This document shows, one piece after another, positions 1 through 11,172 of a DNA stretch of 64,000 nucleotides. This stretch comes from an uncultured delta proteobacterium (lineage in GTDB: Bacteria > Desulfobacterota > Desulfuromonadia > Desulfuromonadales > JACZKF01): NCBI GenBank assembly GCA_963816395.1, contig CAWFKQ010000009.1, positions 224,001-288,000 of the forward strand. The letters run 5' to 3'. Position numbers and translations under genes: made by a program. Position 1 is the first letter of the stretch, and every line of letters starts with the position of its first letter. The notes below the pieces were generated by a model that worked only from the letters and a program-made list of their open reading frames with translations, made no database searches and was not told where the DNA came from.

Positions 1-384
1 AAGTTCTCGGGCAAGGATACGGGGCGGCCGCGATGGCGGTCGAAGCAGACCATGACTGTTTTGGCCGCGGCGAAGGTAACGCCTTTGCCGTCATGGATAG
101 TATAATCGAGATCGAAGCTGGAGCGACCGAGCGCGGCTGACGGTCATGGAGACGACCACCCGGTCGGCCAGCCGGATCGGCTGCCGGTAGTCGCATTCGG
201 CCCGGACCACCAGGAAAAAGAGGCCACCGTCCAGGAAATCCAGGAAATTGTGAAGAAACAGCTTGGTCCGGGCGGTCTCCAGGTAGGTGAAGAATACCGC
301 GTTGTTGACGTGGCCATAGGCATCGAGGTCGGCGAACCGCACCTCGATGTCGGTGGAAAAGGCGAAGGGAGGGGTACTGGTCAT
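1..384 (-). CDS. Acyl-CoA thioesterase (4HBT/YbgC/FcbC hotdog family); frameshift near 130; runs off window start
   Basis: N-terminal VRFADLDAYGHVNNAVFFTYLETAR motif; shifted frame continues SSFDLDYTIHDGKGVTFAAAKTVMVCFD. Confidence 0.85.
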
Positions 385-395
385 GGCTCTCCCTC

Positions 396-794
396 CTACA
401 GGTTCTTCTCTTTCAGGATGTCGACGATCCGGCCGCGGTAGCCGACAATGTCATGCCGCAGGGAGGAGAGCTTGGAGATTTTTTCATCGATCTTCCGGAT
501 GTGATGGTCGAGAATTTCCAGCAGCCGGGGCATGATCCGGTCGGAATTCTGGTGGATTTTGTAGGTGTCGGCCAGGTCCTGCATCTCCTTGAGGGAAAGA
601 CCGAGCTCCTTCAGCTTGAGAATGAACTTGAGCCGGGTGATGTCCTCCTTGGCGTAGACACGCATGCCGCCTTCGAGCCGCTGCGGCGGCTCCATGATGC
701 CGAATTCCTCGTAATAGCGGATGGTGCGGGTGGTGATGCCCAACATCTCGGCCACTTCGCCGATCTGCATGAGATCCTTCTTTTTGGTTTCCAT
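396..794 (-). CDS. MerR-family transcriptional regulator (LiuR-like)
   Basis: MQIGEVAEMLGITTRTIRYYEEFG HTH, LGLSLKEM and C-terminal coiled coil; no metal-binding Cys; ATG at 794. Confidence 0.9.
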   Translation of the reverse strand: METKKKDLMQIGEVAEMLGITTRTIRYYEEFGIMEPPQRLEGGMRVYAKEDITRLKFILKLKELGLSLKEMQDLADTYKIHQNSDRIMPRLLEILDHHIRKIDEKISKLSSLRHDIVGYRGRIVDILKEKNL

Positions 795-801
795 GACATC
801 A

Positions 802-817
802 CTTACCTTTACGTAAT
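802..817. promoter_or_regulatory. LiuR-like operator CTTACCTTTACGTAAT just upstream of the regulator start
   Basis: 13/16 match to the TTTACGTwwACGTAAA palindrome. Confidence 0.55.
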
Positions 818-826
818 TTTCAGCGA

Positions 827-855
827 AAATTAGCACTGGCCAGCTACCCTGTCAA
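827..855 (-). promoter_or_regulatory. sigma70 promoter of the MerR gene
   Basis: Minus strand TTGACA-17 bp-TAATTT with extended TG. Confidence 0.65.
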
Positions 856-925
856 TCGAAAACACGCCTTTTTACACCAGGAACAGTGGGATATCGTTTT
901 TAACGAGACTAATTCCTTTATTGTA

Positions 926-954
926 TTGACTTTAACGTAATGGTAATGTAAATG
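926..954 (+). promoter_or_regulatory. etfBA promoter with LiuR-like box TTAACGTAATGGTAAT (932-947) directly after the -35
   Basis: TTGACT at 926-931; 12/16 match to the LiuR palindrome; -10 is weak. Confidence 0.5.
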
Positions 955-1119
955 CAAGTTTAGGTCGCCCTGGAAGGCCTGGGGCAGGCTGGGCTGCGAA
1001 AATTTTCAAACCGGCGTCCGCAGTTTAGGAAATCCGTCCGAAAGCGGCGGAATTCGATCGCAACCACAAGATTGCCCAAGGGGAATCATCCCAACTGGAA
1101 CATCCTATCGGAGGTGATT

Positions 1120-1885
<766 letters not shown>

Positions 1886-1895
1886 GAGAGACACC

Positions 1896-2811
1896 ATGAA
1901 AGCACTGCTGGTAGGCGAATACCGCGACGGCCAACTGCTCGGCAGCACCTACGAGACGGTGGCCTTCGCCCGCACCATCGGCGCCGAAGCCGCCCTGTTT
2001 CTGGTCGGCAGCGACGGGCAGCTGCCCGCCTTCGACGGCACCCTCTATCTGGCCGACGCCGCCCAGGTCGGCGACTATAACCCCGAGGCGCACACCCGGC
2101 TGCTGCTGCAGGCGATCGAGCGCGAAGCGCCCGAGCTGATCGTGCTCGTGCACTCCTCCTACGGCTGGGACCTGGCGCCGCACCTGGCGCTGGCGCTGCA
2201 GGCGGCGCAGATCTCCGAAGTGCTCGAAGTCAGCGACGGCAGCTACATCGTGCCGGCCTGCAACGGCAAGCTGCGCCGGCGGGTGCGGCCCGCCACCGCC
2301 CGCACCGTCATCACCCTGCAAGCCGGCGCCTTCGGCCTCGCCGAGGAGCCCAGCGGCACCCCGGCGGTGGAGAAGCTCACCGCCGAGGGCAGCGGCGCGT
2401 CTGGAGTTTCTCGGCTACGAAGCGGCCGAGAAAGGGGAGGTCGACCTCAGCCGGGCCGAGATCATCGTCAGCGCCGGGCGGGGGATCGGCAAGAAAGAGA
2501 ACGTGGAGGTCATCGCCCGGCTGGCCAAGGCCTTCGGCGGCGAGCTGGGGGCGAGCCGGCCGGTGGTCGATGCCGGCTGGGTCGACCACAGCCGGCAGGT
2601 GGGGACCACCGGCCAGACGGTCTCGCCCAAGCTGTACGTGGCCTGCGGCATCTCCGGGGCGATCCAGCACCTGGCGGGGATGAAGAAGTCCTCCTTCGTG
2701 GTGGCGATCAACAAGGACAAGGAGGCGCCGATCGGCGAGCTGGCCGACGTGCTGGTGGTCGCCGACGTGCTGCAGCTGGCGCCGGTGCTGATCGAAAAAA
2801 TCGGCAAGTAA
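1896..2811 (+). CDS. etfA: Electron transfer flavoprotein alpha subunit (frameshift near 2400)
   Basis: FAD-binding motifs GASRPVVDAGW, QVGTTGQTVSPKLYVACGISGAIQHLAGM, AINKDKEAPI. Confidence 0.92.
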
Positions 2812-2885
2812 GCCACGAATAAGATCCGATAAAGCCGGATAGATCAAAGGCAGGCTTTCTTCAGTCTTAAATCTTTGGTTGACTG

Positions 2886-2971
2886 ACCCTATTTGAAAGG
2901 GATGGAGCTGTGCCGGCGCCCACCCATTCCCCGCCTGACCTCCCCCTTGAAAGGGAGGGAACGGAGCTGCC
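2886..2971. repeat. Two-copy degenerate repeat / REP-like hairpin (CCCnnTTGAAAGGGA...GGAGCTG)
   Basis: TTGAAAGGGA at 2893 and 2947, each followed closely by GGAGCTG; second copy folds CCTCCC-CCTTGAAA-GGGAGG. Confidence 0.45.
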
Positions 2972-3100
2972 GACATCGAGCAGCTCAGCGATCTACAGGA
3001 GGCGCGAGAGTAGTGGGCCGGCGACGCAAAAAATTGCGCAGTATCCGGCACCTGCGCAGAAGGCTGCGGGCAGGGATCGGGAGAGATTTCGATTGGCGAC

Positions 3101-3155
3101 AAAAATAATCCTAATAATAAATAAATTGACAAGTAAACTGCGGCTGCCTTATAAA
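3101..3155 (+). promoter_or_regulatory. sigma70 promoter of the rnf operon with AT-rich UP-like element
   Basis: TTGACA (3126-3131)-18 bp-TATAAA preceded by an A/T tract. Confidence 0.65.
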
Positions 3156-3191
3156 AACTGGCCATACTGAATTTTTTAAGGAATCCCTTCA

Positions 3192-3773
3192 ATGCTCGAA
3201 CTGCTGCTGATTCTGGTCAGCGCCGTTTTCGTCAACAATTTCGTCCTCGCCCGTTTTCTCGGGATCTGCCCCTTCCTGGGGGTATCAAAGAAGGTCGAAA
3301 CCGCCCTGGGAATGGGGATGGCGGTCATCTTCGTGATGACGGTCGCCTCCGTGGTCACCTGGTTTATCCAGTACTTCGTTCTGGTTCCCTTCGGCATCGA
3401 GTATCTGCAGACCATTGCTTTCATCCTGGTGATTGCCTCCCTGGTACAGATGGTGGAGATGATCATCCAGAAAGCCAGTCCCGTTCTCTACCAGTCTCTG
3501 GGTATTTTCCTCCCCCTGATCACCACCAACTGCGCCGTTCTCGGGGTGGCGGTCCTCAATATCCAGAAGGGTTTCTCCTTCCTGGAGACCGTTATCTTTG
3601 CCCTTGGGGCGTCGGTCGGTTTCACCTTGGCCATGGTGCTGTTTGCCGGCCTGCGCGAGCGGCTCGATCTGAGTCCGGTGCCGAAAAGTTTTCGCGGCAC
3701 CGCCATTGCCCTGGTCACCGCCGGGCTGCTCTCCCTGGCCTTTATGGGCTTCGCCGGGCTGGTCAAGGGATAG
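3192..3773 (+). CDS. rnfA: Rnf complex subunit A
   Basis: [21 protein letters not shown] and [15 protein letters not shown] motifs. Confidence 0.95.
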   Translation: MLELLLILVSAVFVNNFVLARFLGICPFLGVSKKVETALGMGMAVIFVMTVASVVTWFIQYFVLVPFGIEYLQTIAFILVIASLVQMVEMIIQKASPVLYQSLGIFLPLITTNCAVLGVAVLNIQKGFSFLETVIFALGASVGFTLAMVLFAGLRERLDLSPVPKSFRGTAIALVTAGLLSLAFMGFAGLVKG

Positions 3774-3856
3774 TCCAGGGTCATAGGGTCGAAGGTCCAA
3801 AGTCGAAAATCAACCATTCGTGAGATGACTTTGGATCGGGACCTGGGACTCGGGAC
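3773..3856. repeat. Inverted arrays of degenerate heptamer repeats
   Basis: GTCCAGG GTCATAGG GTCGAAG GTCCAAA GTCGAAA ... GACTTTG GATCGG GACCTGG GACTCGG GAC. Confidence 0.6.
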
Positions 3857-3874
3857 ACTTTTTAGAGGTCTTTC

Positions 3875-4720
3875 ATGCTTGCAGCAATAATCAGCCTGGG
3901 CGGCATTGGCCTGTTGGCTGCGGTCGCCCTCGGTTTTGCCGCCAAGAAGTTCGCCGTCGAGGAAGATCCGCGGGAACTGGCGGTGCTGGAGGTCCTTTCC
4001 GGAGCCAACTGCGGCGCCTGCGGTTATCCCGGCTGCGCCGCTTACGCCAAGGCGGTGGCCAGCGGTGAGGCCGCCCCCAATCTATGCACTCCCGGCGGCC
4101 AGAGGACCATCGAACAGGTCGCCCATATCATGGGAGTGGCGGCGGTCAAGGCCGAACCCCAGGTCGCGGTGGTCCTCTGCCAGGGGGATAACGACAGGGC
4201 CCGGGCCAAGTACCGCTATCTCGGCATCAGCGACTGCAATGCCGCCCAGAAGATCGCCGACGGCCCCAAGGAGTGCCCCGGCGGCTGCCTGGGGCTGGGC
4301 ACCTGCGCCCGCGTCTGCCCCTTCGGCGCCATCGAAATCACTCCCCAGGGGTTGGCGGTAATCAGCCGTGAGAAATGTACCGGCTGCCGCAAGTGCGTTC
4401 CCGCCTGTCCGCGCGACGTCATTCACATGACCCCCCTCGACGCCACCGTGCATGTGCTCTGCAACAGCCACGACAAGGGGGCGCAGGTGCGCAAATACTG
4501 TCAGGTCGGCTGTATCGCCTGTCAGATCTGCGTCAAAACCGTTCCCGACGCCTATAAGGTGGAGGACAACCTGGCGACCGTGCTCTATGCCCACGCCAGC
4601 GAAGCGGCGCCGGCGGTGGCCAAATGTCCGACCAAGTGCATTCGGGATTTCACCGAGGGTTATCCGCAGGGCAGCCGTTTCACCCCGCCCGTGGTGCCGG
4701 TCAAGCCGGACGCGGCATGA
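3875..4720 (+). CDS. rnfB: Rnf complex subunit B (polyferredoxin)
   Basis: N-terminal TM, NCGACGYPGC FeS domain, several CxxCxxCxxxCP-type motifs. Confidence 0.95.
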   Translation: MLAAIISLGGIGLLAAVALGFAAKKFAVEEDPRELAVLEVLSGANCGACGYPGCAAYAKAVASGEAAPNLCTPGGQRTIEQVAHIMGVAAVKAEPQVAVVLCQGDNDRARAKYRYLGISDCNAAQKIADGPKECPGGCLGLGTCARVCPFGAIEITPQGLAVISREKCTGCRKCVPACPRDVIHMTPLDATVHVLCNSHDKGAQVRKYCQVGCIACQICVKTVPDAYKVEDNLATVLYAHASEAAPAVAKCPTKCIRDFTEGYPQGSRFTPPVVPVKPDAA

Positions 4721-4757
4721 AATCATTTACCACGGAAGTCAAAGATCCGGGATTCCG

Positions 4758-6075
4758 ATGAAGCTCAAGACCTTCCCCGGCGGCCTGCATCCGCCCGACA
4801 ACAAGCAGTGGTCGGCCCACAAGGCGATCGAAACCTGCCCCCTTCCCGAGGAGCTGATCATCCCCTTTTCCCAGCACATCGGCGCTCCCGCCGAGCCCTG
4901 CGTGCAGAAGGGGGAGCAGGTAAAGAAGGGGCAGGTCATCGGCCAGGCCAAGGGGTTCGTTTCCGTGCCGGTGCATGCCTCCACCTCCGGGGAAGTGGTG
5001 GCGGTGGAACCGCGGCTGCACCCGAGCGGCCGCCGTCTGGCGGCGGTGGTGATCCGGCCGGACGGCGAGGATGCCTGGATTGAAGGACTGCAACCGGCCG
5101 CGGCCGCAGATGTTGGCCCCGAACAGATTATTGATCGCATCCGCCGGGCCGGCGTGGTTGGAATGGGCGGCGCCACCTTCCCCACCCACGTCAAGCTCAG
5201 CCCGCCGGAAGGGAAGAAGATCGACACCCTGATCATCAACGGGGTTGAATGCGAGCCGTATTTGACCGCCGACCACCGGCTGATGCTGGAAGAGCCGCAG
5301 CGTATTCTCGACGGTATCGCGCTCCTCGGAAAGGCCCTCGGGGTCAGCCGCGTCCTGCTCGGCATCGAGGCCAACAAACCGGATGCCATTGCGTTGATGA
5401 CCAGGACGGCTGCCGGCGGTGCCGTCGAGGTGGTTCCCCTGGAAGTCAAGTACCCGCAAGGCGCGGAGAAGCAGCTCATCCTTGCCTTGACCGGCCGGGA
5501 GGTCCCCTCCGGGGGGCTGCCGATGGATGTCGGGGTGGTGGTGCAGAACGTCGGCACCGCCGCGGCGGTTGCCGACGCCGTAGTGCTTGGCGAGCCGCTT
5601 ATCGAGCGCATCGCCACCGATTACCGGGCCGGGGGTTAAGGAGCCGAAAAACCTGCGGGTACGCGTCGGTACCCCGCTGGCTCACCTGATCGCCTGCTGC
5701 GGCGGCTTGACCGGGGATCCGGGCAAGATCATCATGGGCGGGCCGATGATGGGAGCCGCCCAACTCTCCCTCGATATTCCCGTTACCCGCGGCACTTCCG
5801 GACTCCTCCTCTTTCGCCCAGGGGACCTGCCGCTGCAGCCCGAGGGGCCCTGTATTCGTTGCGGGCGCTGCGTCCGGGTCTGTCCGGCACGCATCATGCC
5901 GACCACCATCGCCGCCTACGCCCGTCTCGACCAGATGGATCAGGCGGAAGAGTTCGGCGCCATGGACTGCATCGAATGCGGCTGCTGCACCTATACCTGC
6001 CCTGCCGCCATCCCTCTGGTGCAGGCGATTCGCCAGGCCAAGGGGGCGATTCTGGCCAAGAGAAGGAAGGTCTGA
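4758..6075 (+). CDS. rnfC: Rnf complex subunit C (frameshift near 5620)
   Basis: QHIGAPA, GVVGMGGATFPTHVK, NGVECEPYLTAD, KYPQGAEKQ, CIRCGRC and CIECGCC. Confidence 0.93.
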
Positions 6076-6076
6076 C

Positions 6077-7066
6077 GTGGAAAACCAGCTCTATCTCTCC
6101 TCCTCTCCCCATATCAGGGCAATAGAGACAACCGACCGGGTGATGCGGTCGGTGATCTACGCCCTGCTGCCGGCCTGCGCCGTCTCCGTCTATTTTTTCG
6201 GCCCGCCCGCTCTTTTTCTGCTGCTGATCACCACCCTCGGCTGCGTGGCTGCTGAAGCCGTCTTTCAGCGGCTTATGGGTGTGCCGCTGGCGATTGCCGA
6301 TGGCAGCGCCGCTCTCACCGGCATTCTGCTCGCCCTGAACCTGCCGCCGCACAGCCCATGGTGGCTCGCCCTGATCGGGGCGGTGGTCGCCATCGGCCTC
6401 GGCAAGCAGGTTTATGGCGGCCTCGGCAGCAATCCATTCAACCCCGCCCTGGTGGCGCGGGTGGTGCTGTTGATCTCCTTTCCGGTGCAGATGACGACCT
6501 GGCACGCCCCCGCGCCATGGGGGTCGGCAGTCGATGCAGTGACCACCGCCACGCCGCTGGGGGAGATGAAAACGGCGGTGATGATGACCGGCAAGCTGCC
6601 GCCGGGTCTGGAGCAGCATCTCGGCAACTATTTTCTCGGCCAGATGGCCGGCTCCCTCGGGGAAATATCCGCCCTCGCCCTGCTGCTCGGGGCCGCTTTC
6701 CTGCTCTGGAAACGAATTCTCACCTGGCACATCCCGACCGCTTACCTGGCGACGGTGGTTCTGTTCTCCGGCATCTTCTGGCTCGCCGATCCTTCCCGCT
6801 ACCCGAGCCCGCTGTTCCATCTCCTTACCGGCGGCCTGATGCTCGGCGCCTTGTTCATGGCGACCGATATGGTCACTTCGCCCCTCACCAACAAGGGGAT
6901 GCTGATATTCGGCTTCGGCTGCGGGCTGATCACCGTTCTCATTCGCCTTTTCGGCGGATATCCGGAAGGGGTTTCCTTTGCCATTCTGCTGATGAACGCC
7001 GCCACGCCGCTGATCGATCGCTTCACCAAGCCGAAAAAGTTCGGCTATGTGCCGGAAGCGGGGTAG
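6077..7066 (+). CDS. rnfD: Rnf complex subunit D
   Basis: SSSPHI, GKQVYGGLGSNPFNPA, DAVTTATPL flavinylation site, FMATDMVTSP. Confidence 0.95.
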   Translation: MENQLYLSSSPHIRAIETTDRVMRSVIYALLPACAVSVYFFGPPALFLLLITTLGCVAAEAVFQRLMGVPLAIADGSAALTGILLALNLPPHSPWWLALIGAVVAIGLGKQVYGGLGSNPFNPALVARVVLLISFPVQMTTWHAPAPWGSAVDAVTTATPLGEMKTAVMMTGKLPPGLEQHLGNYFLGQMAGSLGEISALALLLGAAFLLWKRILTWHIPTAYLATVVLFSGIFWLADPSRYPSPLFHLLTGGLMLGALFMATDMVTSPLTNKGMLIFGFGCGLITVLIRLFGGYPEGVSFAILLMNAATPLIDRFTKPKKFGYVPEAG

Positions 7067-7076
7067 GAGGGAAGAT

Positions 7077-7684
7077 ATGAAAGACATCGTCCGTCTCGCC
7101 CTGGTGCTCACCATTATCGCTGCCGGCGCCGGCCTCATCCTCTCCATGGTGGAGGCGGTGACCCGCGCGCCGATCGCCGAGCAGCGCCGCCTGGAAACCC
7201 TCAAGGCCCTCAAGGCCGTTCTGCCGCCGGTGGACAATGCACCGGATACCGACACGGTCACCCTGGTGACCGGTCGTGACCGCAAGGGGAAAGAAACCGC
7301 CCGCACCTTTTACCGGGGCGCGGCAGAGTGGAGAGTTGGCGGGCGTCGCCTTCAAAGTAGTTTCCACCGAGGGCTACGGCGGCGATATCGTCATTATGGT
7401 GGGGGTTCGGCCCGACGGCACGGTCAACGGCATCGAAATTCTGCAGAACAGCCGAGACCCCCGGGTTGGGCAGCAAGATTACCGAGCCCAGGTTCAAGAA
7501 GCAGTTCGCCGGCAAGAGTCTGGAGAACGCCGACTGGCGGGTGAAGAAGGATGGCGGCGATTTCGATCAGATCACCGGCGCCACCATCTCGCCCCGGGCG
7601 GTCGTTTCGGCCGTCCGTCGCGGCCTGGAATTCTTCAAGCAGCACCGGCCGGAGATCGTTGCGGGAGAGGGAAAAAAGGGATGA
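7077..7684 (+). CDS. rnfG: Rnf complex subunit G (two frameshifts near 7315 and 7450)
   Basis: [32 protein letters not shown]-binding motif across three frames. Confidence 0.9.
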
Positions 7685-8274
7685 ATCTGGTCCGGGAATT
7701 TACCAAGGGGCTCTGGGGGGAGAATCCGACTTTCAAGCTGGTGCTGGGGATGTGTCCGACTCTGGCGGTCACTACCAGCGCCATCAACGGCATCGGCATG
7801 GGGCTGGCCACCACCTTCGTCCTGGTCTGCTCCAATGTCGCCGTGGCCATGATGCGGCGGCTGATCCCGGCGAAGGTGCGCATCCCCTCCTATATCGTCC
7901 TCATCGCCTCTTTCGTTACCGTGGTCCAGTTGGTAATGGAAGCCTATACCTACGACCTGTACAAGGCGCTGGGCATCTTCATCCCCCTGATCGTGGTCAA
8001 TTGCATCATTCTCGGCCGGGCCGAGGCCTTTGCCGGAAAAAACCCGGTCGTCCCCTCCCTCGTCGATGGCGCCGGCATGGGTATCGGATTTACCCTGTCG
8101 CTCTTCGTTCTCGGTTCGGTCCGGGAATTCCTGGGTGCCGGGGCCATCCTTGGCGTCAACCTGCTCGGTTCCGGCTATATCCCTTTTCTGCTGTCGATTC
8201 TTCCTCCCGGTGCTTTTATCGCCCTCGGCCTGCTGCTGGCCGGGATGAACCGCCTCGAAGCGAAGCGCGGATAA
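7681..8274 (+). CDS. rnfE: Rnf complex subunit E
   Basis: [45 protein letters not shown]. Confidence 0.95.
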   Translation: MNLVREFTKGLWGENPTFKLVLGMCPTLAVTTSAINGIGMGLATTFVLVCSNVAVAMMRRLIPAKVRIPSYIVLIASFVTVVQLVMEAYTYDLYKALGIFIPLIVVNCIILGRAEAFAGKNPVVPSLVDGAGMGIGFTLSLFVLGSVREFLGAGAILGVNLLGSGYIPFLLSILPPGAFIALGLLLAGMNRLEAKRG

Positions 8275-8408
8275 GGGTTTCAAAGCCACCATTCTCCGCG
8301 TCTTATTCCGGTTCGATCGGCCCTTCTCAGAGGCCGGAATCCACCCGCCGAAACGGTCGACTTAATCCGCGTAACCCCTTATTAAACCACTGTTCTGACG
8401 AGAAAATC

Positions 8409-8463
8409 TGCATACAGTATACTGTATTTTTCCCTTGACAAGGGATTTAAAGTGTCCTAACTT
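8409..8463 (+). promoter_or_regulatory. nuo promoter with HgtR-like operator and a palindrome over the -35
   Basis: Perfect palindrome ATACAGTATACTGTAT (8412-8427); TCCCTTG-A-CAAGGGA (8431-8445); TTGACA-17-TAACTT. Confidence 0.65.
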
Positions 8464-8536
8464 GCACGGCTGAATCCAAAGCACCATCCGTCCTTGCCCA
8501 CATTGCCGCAGTAAACCCCTTGGGAGGAGCCGCTTC

Positions 8537-8893
8537 ATGCTGGATATTTATCTGCCGATACTTGTCCTCATCGCCATTGCCCTGGCCTTTGCCCTCGGAT
8601 CTGTCATCTTCTCCCGCCTGGTGGGACAGAAGAAGCCGAGTGCCGTTAAGCTGGCGCCTTACGAGTGCGGAATGCCGCTCATCGGCACCGCCCGTGAGAG
8701 GGTATCGGTCAAGTTTTACATCATCGCCATGCTCTTTATCCTCTTCGACATCGAGGCGGTTTTTCTCTATCCCTGGGCGGTGGTGTTCAAGAAACTCGGA
8801 CTCTTTGGTTTCGCTGAAATGGGTGTGTTCATCGCCATCCTGCTCGTCGGCTATATCTACGTCTGGAAAAAAGGAGCTCTGGAATGGGAGTAG
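8537..8893 (+). CDS. nuoA: NADH-quinone oxidoreductase subunit A
   Basis: [28 protein letters not shown]. Confidence 0.96.
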   Translation: MLDIYLPILVLIAIALAFALGSVIFSRLVGQKKPSAVKLAPYECGMPLIGTARERVSVKFYIIAMLFILFDIEAVFLYPWAVVFKKLGLFGFAEMGVFIAILLVGYIYVWKKGALEWE

Positions 8894-9393
8894 AGCAAAC
8901 TCTGGGGAATAACATCATCGTCACCAGTCTGGACAAGGTCGTAAACTGGTCCCGTTCCAGATCATTGTGGCCGATGACCTTCGGCCTGGCCTGCTGCGCC
9001 ATCGAAATGATGGCTGCCGGGGCCGCCCGCTTCGACCTTGACCGACTCGGCGTCCTGTTCCGTGCTTCGCCCCGCCAGGCCGACCTGATCATCATCGCCG
9101 GGACGGTGACCAAGAAGATGCTCCCGGTCATCAAGACGGTTTATGAGCAGATGCCGGAGCCCCGTTACGTCATTGCCATGGGAGCCTGCGCCTGCTCCGG
9201 CGGAATTTTCGACACCTACAGCGTGGTTCAGGGAATTGATGAAGTCCTGCCGGTGGATGTTTATGTGCCCGGTTGCCCACCGCGACCCGAGGGTCTTCTT
9301 TACGGTTTACAAAAACTGCAGGAGAAGATCATGAAGGAGCGCAACTCCTTCGGTGCCGCCATCGGGGTCGGTGAGCGGATCAGCGAAGCCTAA
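8884..9393 (+). CDS. nuoB: NADH-quinone oxidoreductase subunit B
   Basis: [26 protein letters not shown]. Confidence 0.96.
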   Translation: MGVEQTLGNNIIVTSLDKVVNWSRSRSLWPMTFGLACCAIEMMAAGAARFDLDRLGVLFRASPRQADLIIIAGTVTKKMLPVIKTVYEQMPEPRYVIAMGACACSGGIFDTYSVVQGIDEVLPVDVYVPGCPPRPEGLLYGLQKLQEKIMKERNSFGAAIGVGERISEA

Positions 9394-9433
9394 CGCCGGT
9401 CACGCGGCCGGAGCAACCAACAGGATGACGACT

Positions 9434-9916
9434 ATGACTGAGCATGTTGCCGTTACCAAGCTGAAGGCGAAGTTTTCCGACTCCGTCCTTGAGGTGAAGG
9501 AATTCCGCGGAGAAACCTCCGTTACCGTGAAGAAGGAAGAAATCGTTGCGGTCTGCACTTTCCTGAAGAAAGAGCTCGGCTACAACTTTCTCACCGACCT
9601 CTGCGGCGTCGATTACCTGGGGCAGACACCCCGGTTTATGGTGGTCTACCATCTCTACAACATCGGCACCAAGGAGCGGCTGCGGCTGAAGGTGCCGGTG
9701 GAGGAGAAGGACCCGAAAGTCGATACGGTCAGCGGCGTCTGGTCAACCGCCAACTGGCACGAGCGGGAATGCTGGGATCTGCTGGGCATTTCCTTCAATA
9801 ACCATCCCGATCTGCGCCGGATTCTTATGCCGGCCGACTGGGAAGGGCATCCGCTGCGCAAGGACTATCCGCTGCAGGGTCCCGGTCGAGCCCCTTACCA
9901 GGGCCGGCTTTCCTAG
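9434..9916 (+). CDS. nuoC: NADH-quinone oxidoreductase subunit C
   Basis: ANWHERECWDLLG, HPDLRRIL, GHPLRKDYP; start could be 9425. Confidence 0.93.
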   Translation: MTEHVAVTKLKAKFSDSVLEVKEFRGETSVTVKKEEIVAVCTFLKKELGYNFLTDLCGVDYLGQTPRFMVVYHLYNIGTKERLRLKVPVEEKDPKVDTVSGVWSTANWHERECWDLLGISFNNHPDLRRILMPADWEGHPLRKDYPLQGPGRAPYQGRLS

Positions 9917-9960
9917 GCGCCCCCCGTAATCACCTTTCTTTTCGATAGACGAGGCACGCG

Positions 9961-11145
9961 ATGGCGACAACCGAAATCATGACCGTAAATATGGGGCCCC
10001 AGCACCCTTCCACGCACGGGGTTCTGCAGCTGGTCCTCGAGCTGGATGGGGAAGTGGTCACCAAGACCACTCCGCATATCGGTTTCCTGCACCGCGGGGT
10101 GGAGAAGCTCTCCGAGTATCGGACCTACCATCAGGCCCTGCCCCTCACCGACCGTCTCGATTACCTGGCGCCCATGCACAACAATCTCGCCTATGCGCTG
10201 GCGGTGGAGAAGCTGCTGGGGATCACCGAGCAGATTCCGGAGCGGGCTCAGGTCATCCGGGTCATCATGGCCGAGCTGACCCGCATCAAAAGCCACCTGG
10301 TCTGGCTGGCCACCCATGCTCTCGATATCGGCGCCATGACCGTGTTCATCTACTGCTTCCGGGAGCGGGAGCGGATCATGGACATTTACGAGAAAGTATC
10401 CGGTGCCCGGATGACCTCCAATTACCTGCGCATCGGCGGCCTGATGGCCGACCTGCCGCAGGGGATCGAGAAGGATATCCGTCTCCTTTATCGACGAGAT
10501 GCCCGGCCATATCGACACCTATGAAGGGCTGCTGACCGGCAACAAGATCTGGCAGAAGCGCATCATGGGCGTCGGTGTGATCAGCGCCGAAGATGCCATC
10601 GATGTCGGCCTCACCGGTCCGTCCCTGCGTGGCTCCGGCGTCGATTGGGACCTGCGGCGCGACAATCCGTACAGCGGCTATGAGAACTATGACTTCCAGG
10701 TGATCACCGGCACCGGCGAGGGAGATACCTGGAGCCGGTACAAGGCTCGTCTGCGATGAAATGCGCGAGTCCTGCAAGATCGTCCGCCAGGCCCTCGATC
10801 GCCTGAAGCCGGGGCCGATTCTGGCCGATCTGCCGAAAATCTGCCTGCCGCCGAAGAAGGATGTGGTCAATTCCATCGAGGGGCTGATCCACCACTTCAA
10901 GATCATCAGCGAGGGCTTCAAGCCGCCGGTCGGGCGAGATTTACAGCGGGGTCGAAAATCCAAAGGGAGAACTCGGCTTCTATTTTATCTCCGACGGATC
11001 GTCCCACCCGTATCGGATGAAAATCCGCTCCCCTTCCTTCATCAACCTGCAGGCGCTGCCGCAGATGGTCGAGGGGCGGATGATCGCCGACGTGGTGGCA
11101 GTCATCGGCACCCTGGATATCGTTCTTGGCGAAATCGACCGGTAA
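9961..11145 (+). CDS. nuoD: NADH-quinone oxidoreductase subunit D (three frameshifts near 10488, 10752, 10935)
   Basis: [39 protein letters not shown], ends DIVLGEIDR*. Confidence 0.92.
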
Positions 11146-11172
11146 CCTATCCGCTTGAAAGAGGCGACTTCC

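Noticed and set aside
960..1110. c-di-GMP-I/GEMM riboswitch in the etfB leader
   Set aside because: A GAAA-loop hairpin is present (1034-1052), but the GGCAAAC and GACGCAAA elements are missing.
2886..2971. CRISPR array (TTGAAAG resembles a repeat 3' end)
   Set aside because: Only two degenerate copies, no regular spacers and no cas genes.
10750..10765. Selenocysteine or programmed recoding at the TGA within nuoD
   Set aside because: The downstream sequence is in another frame; removing one base restores ARLDEMRES, and NuoD has no Cys/Sec there.
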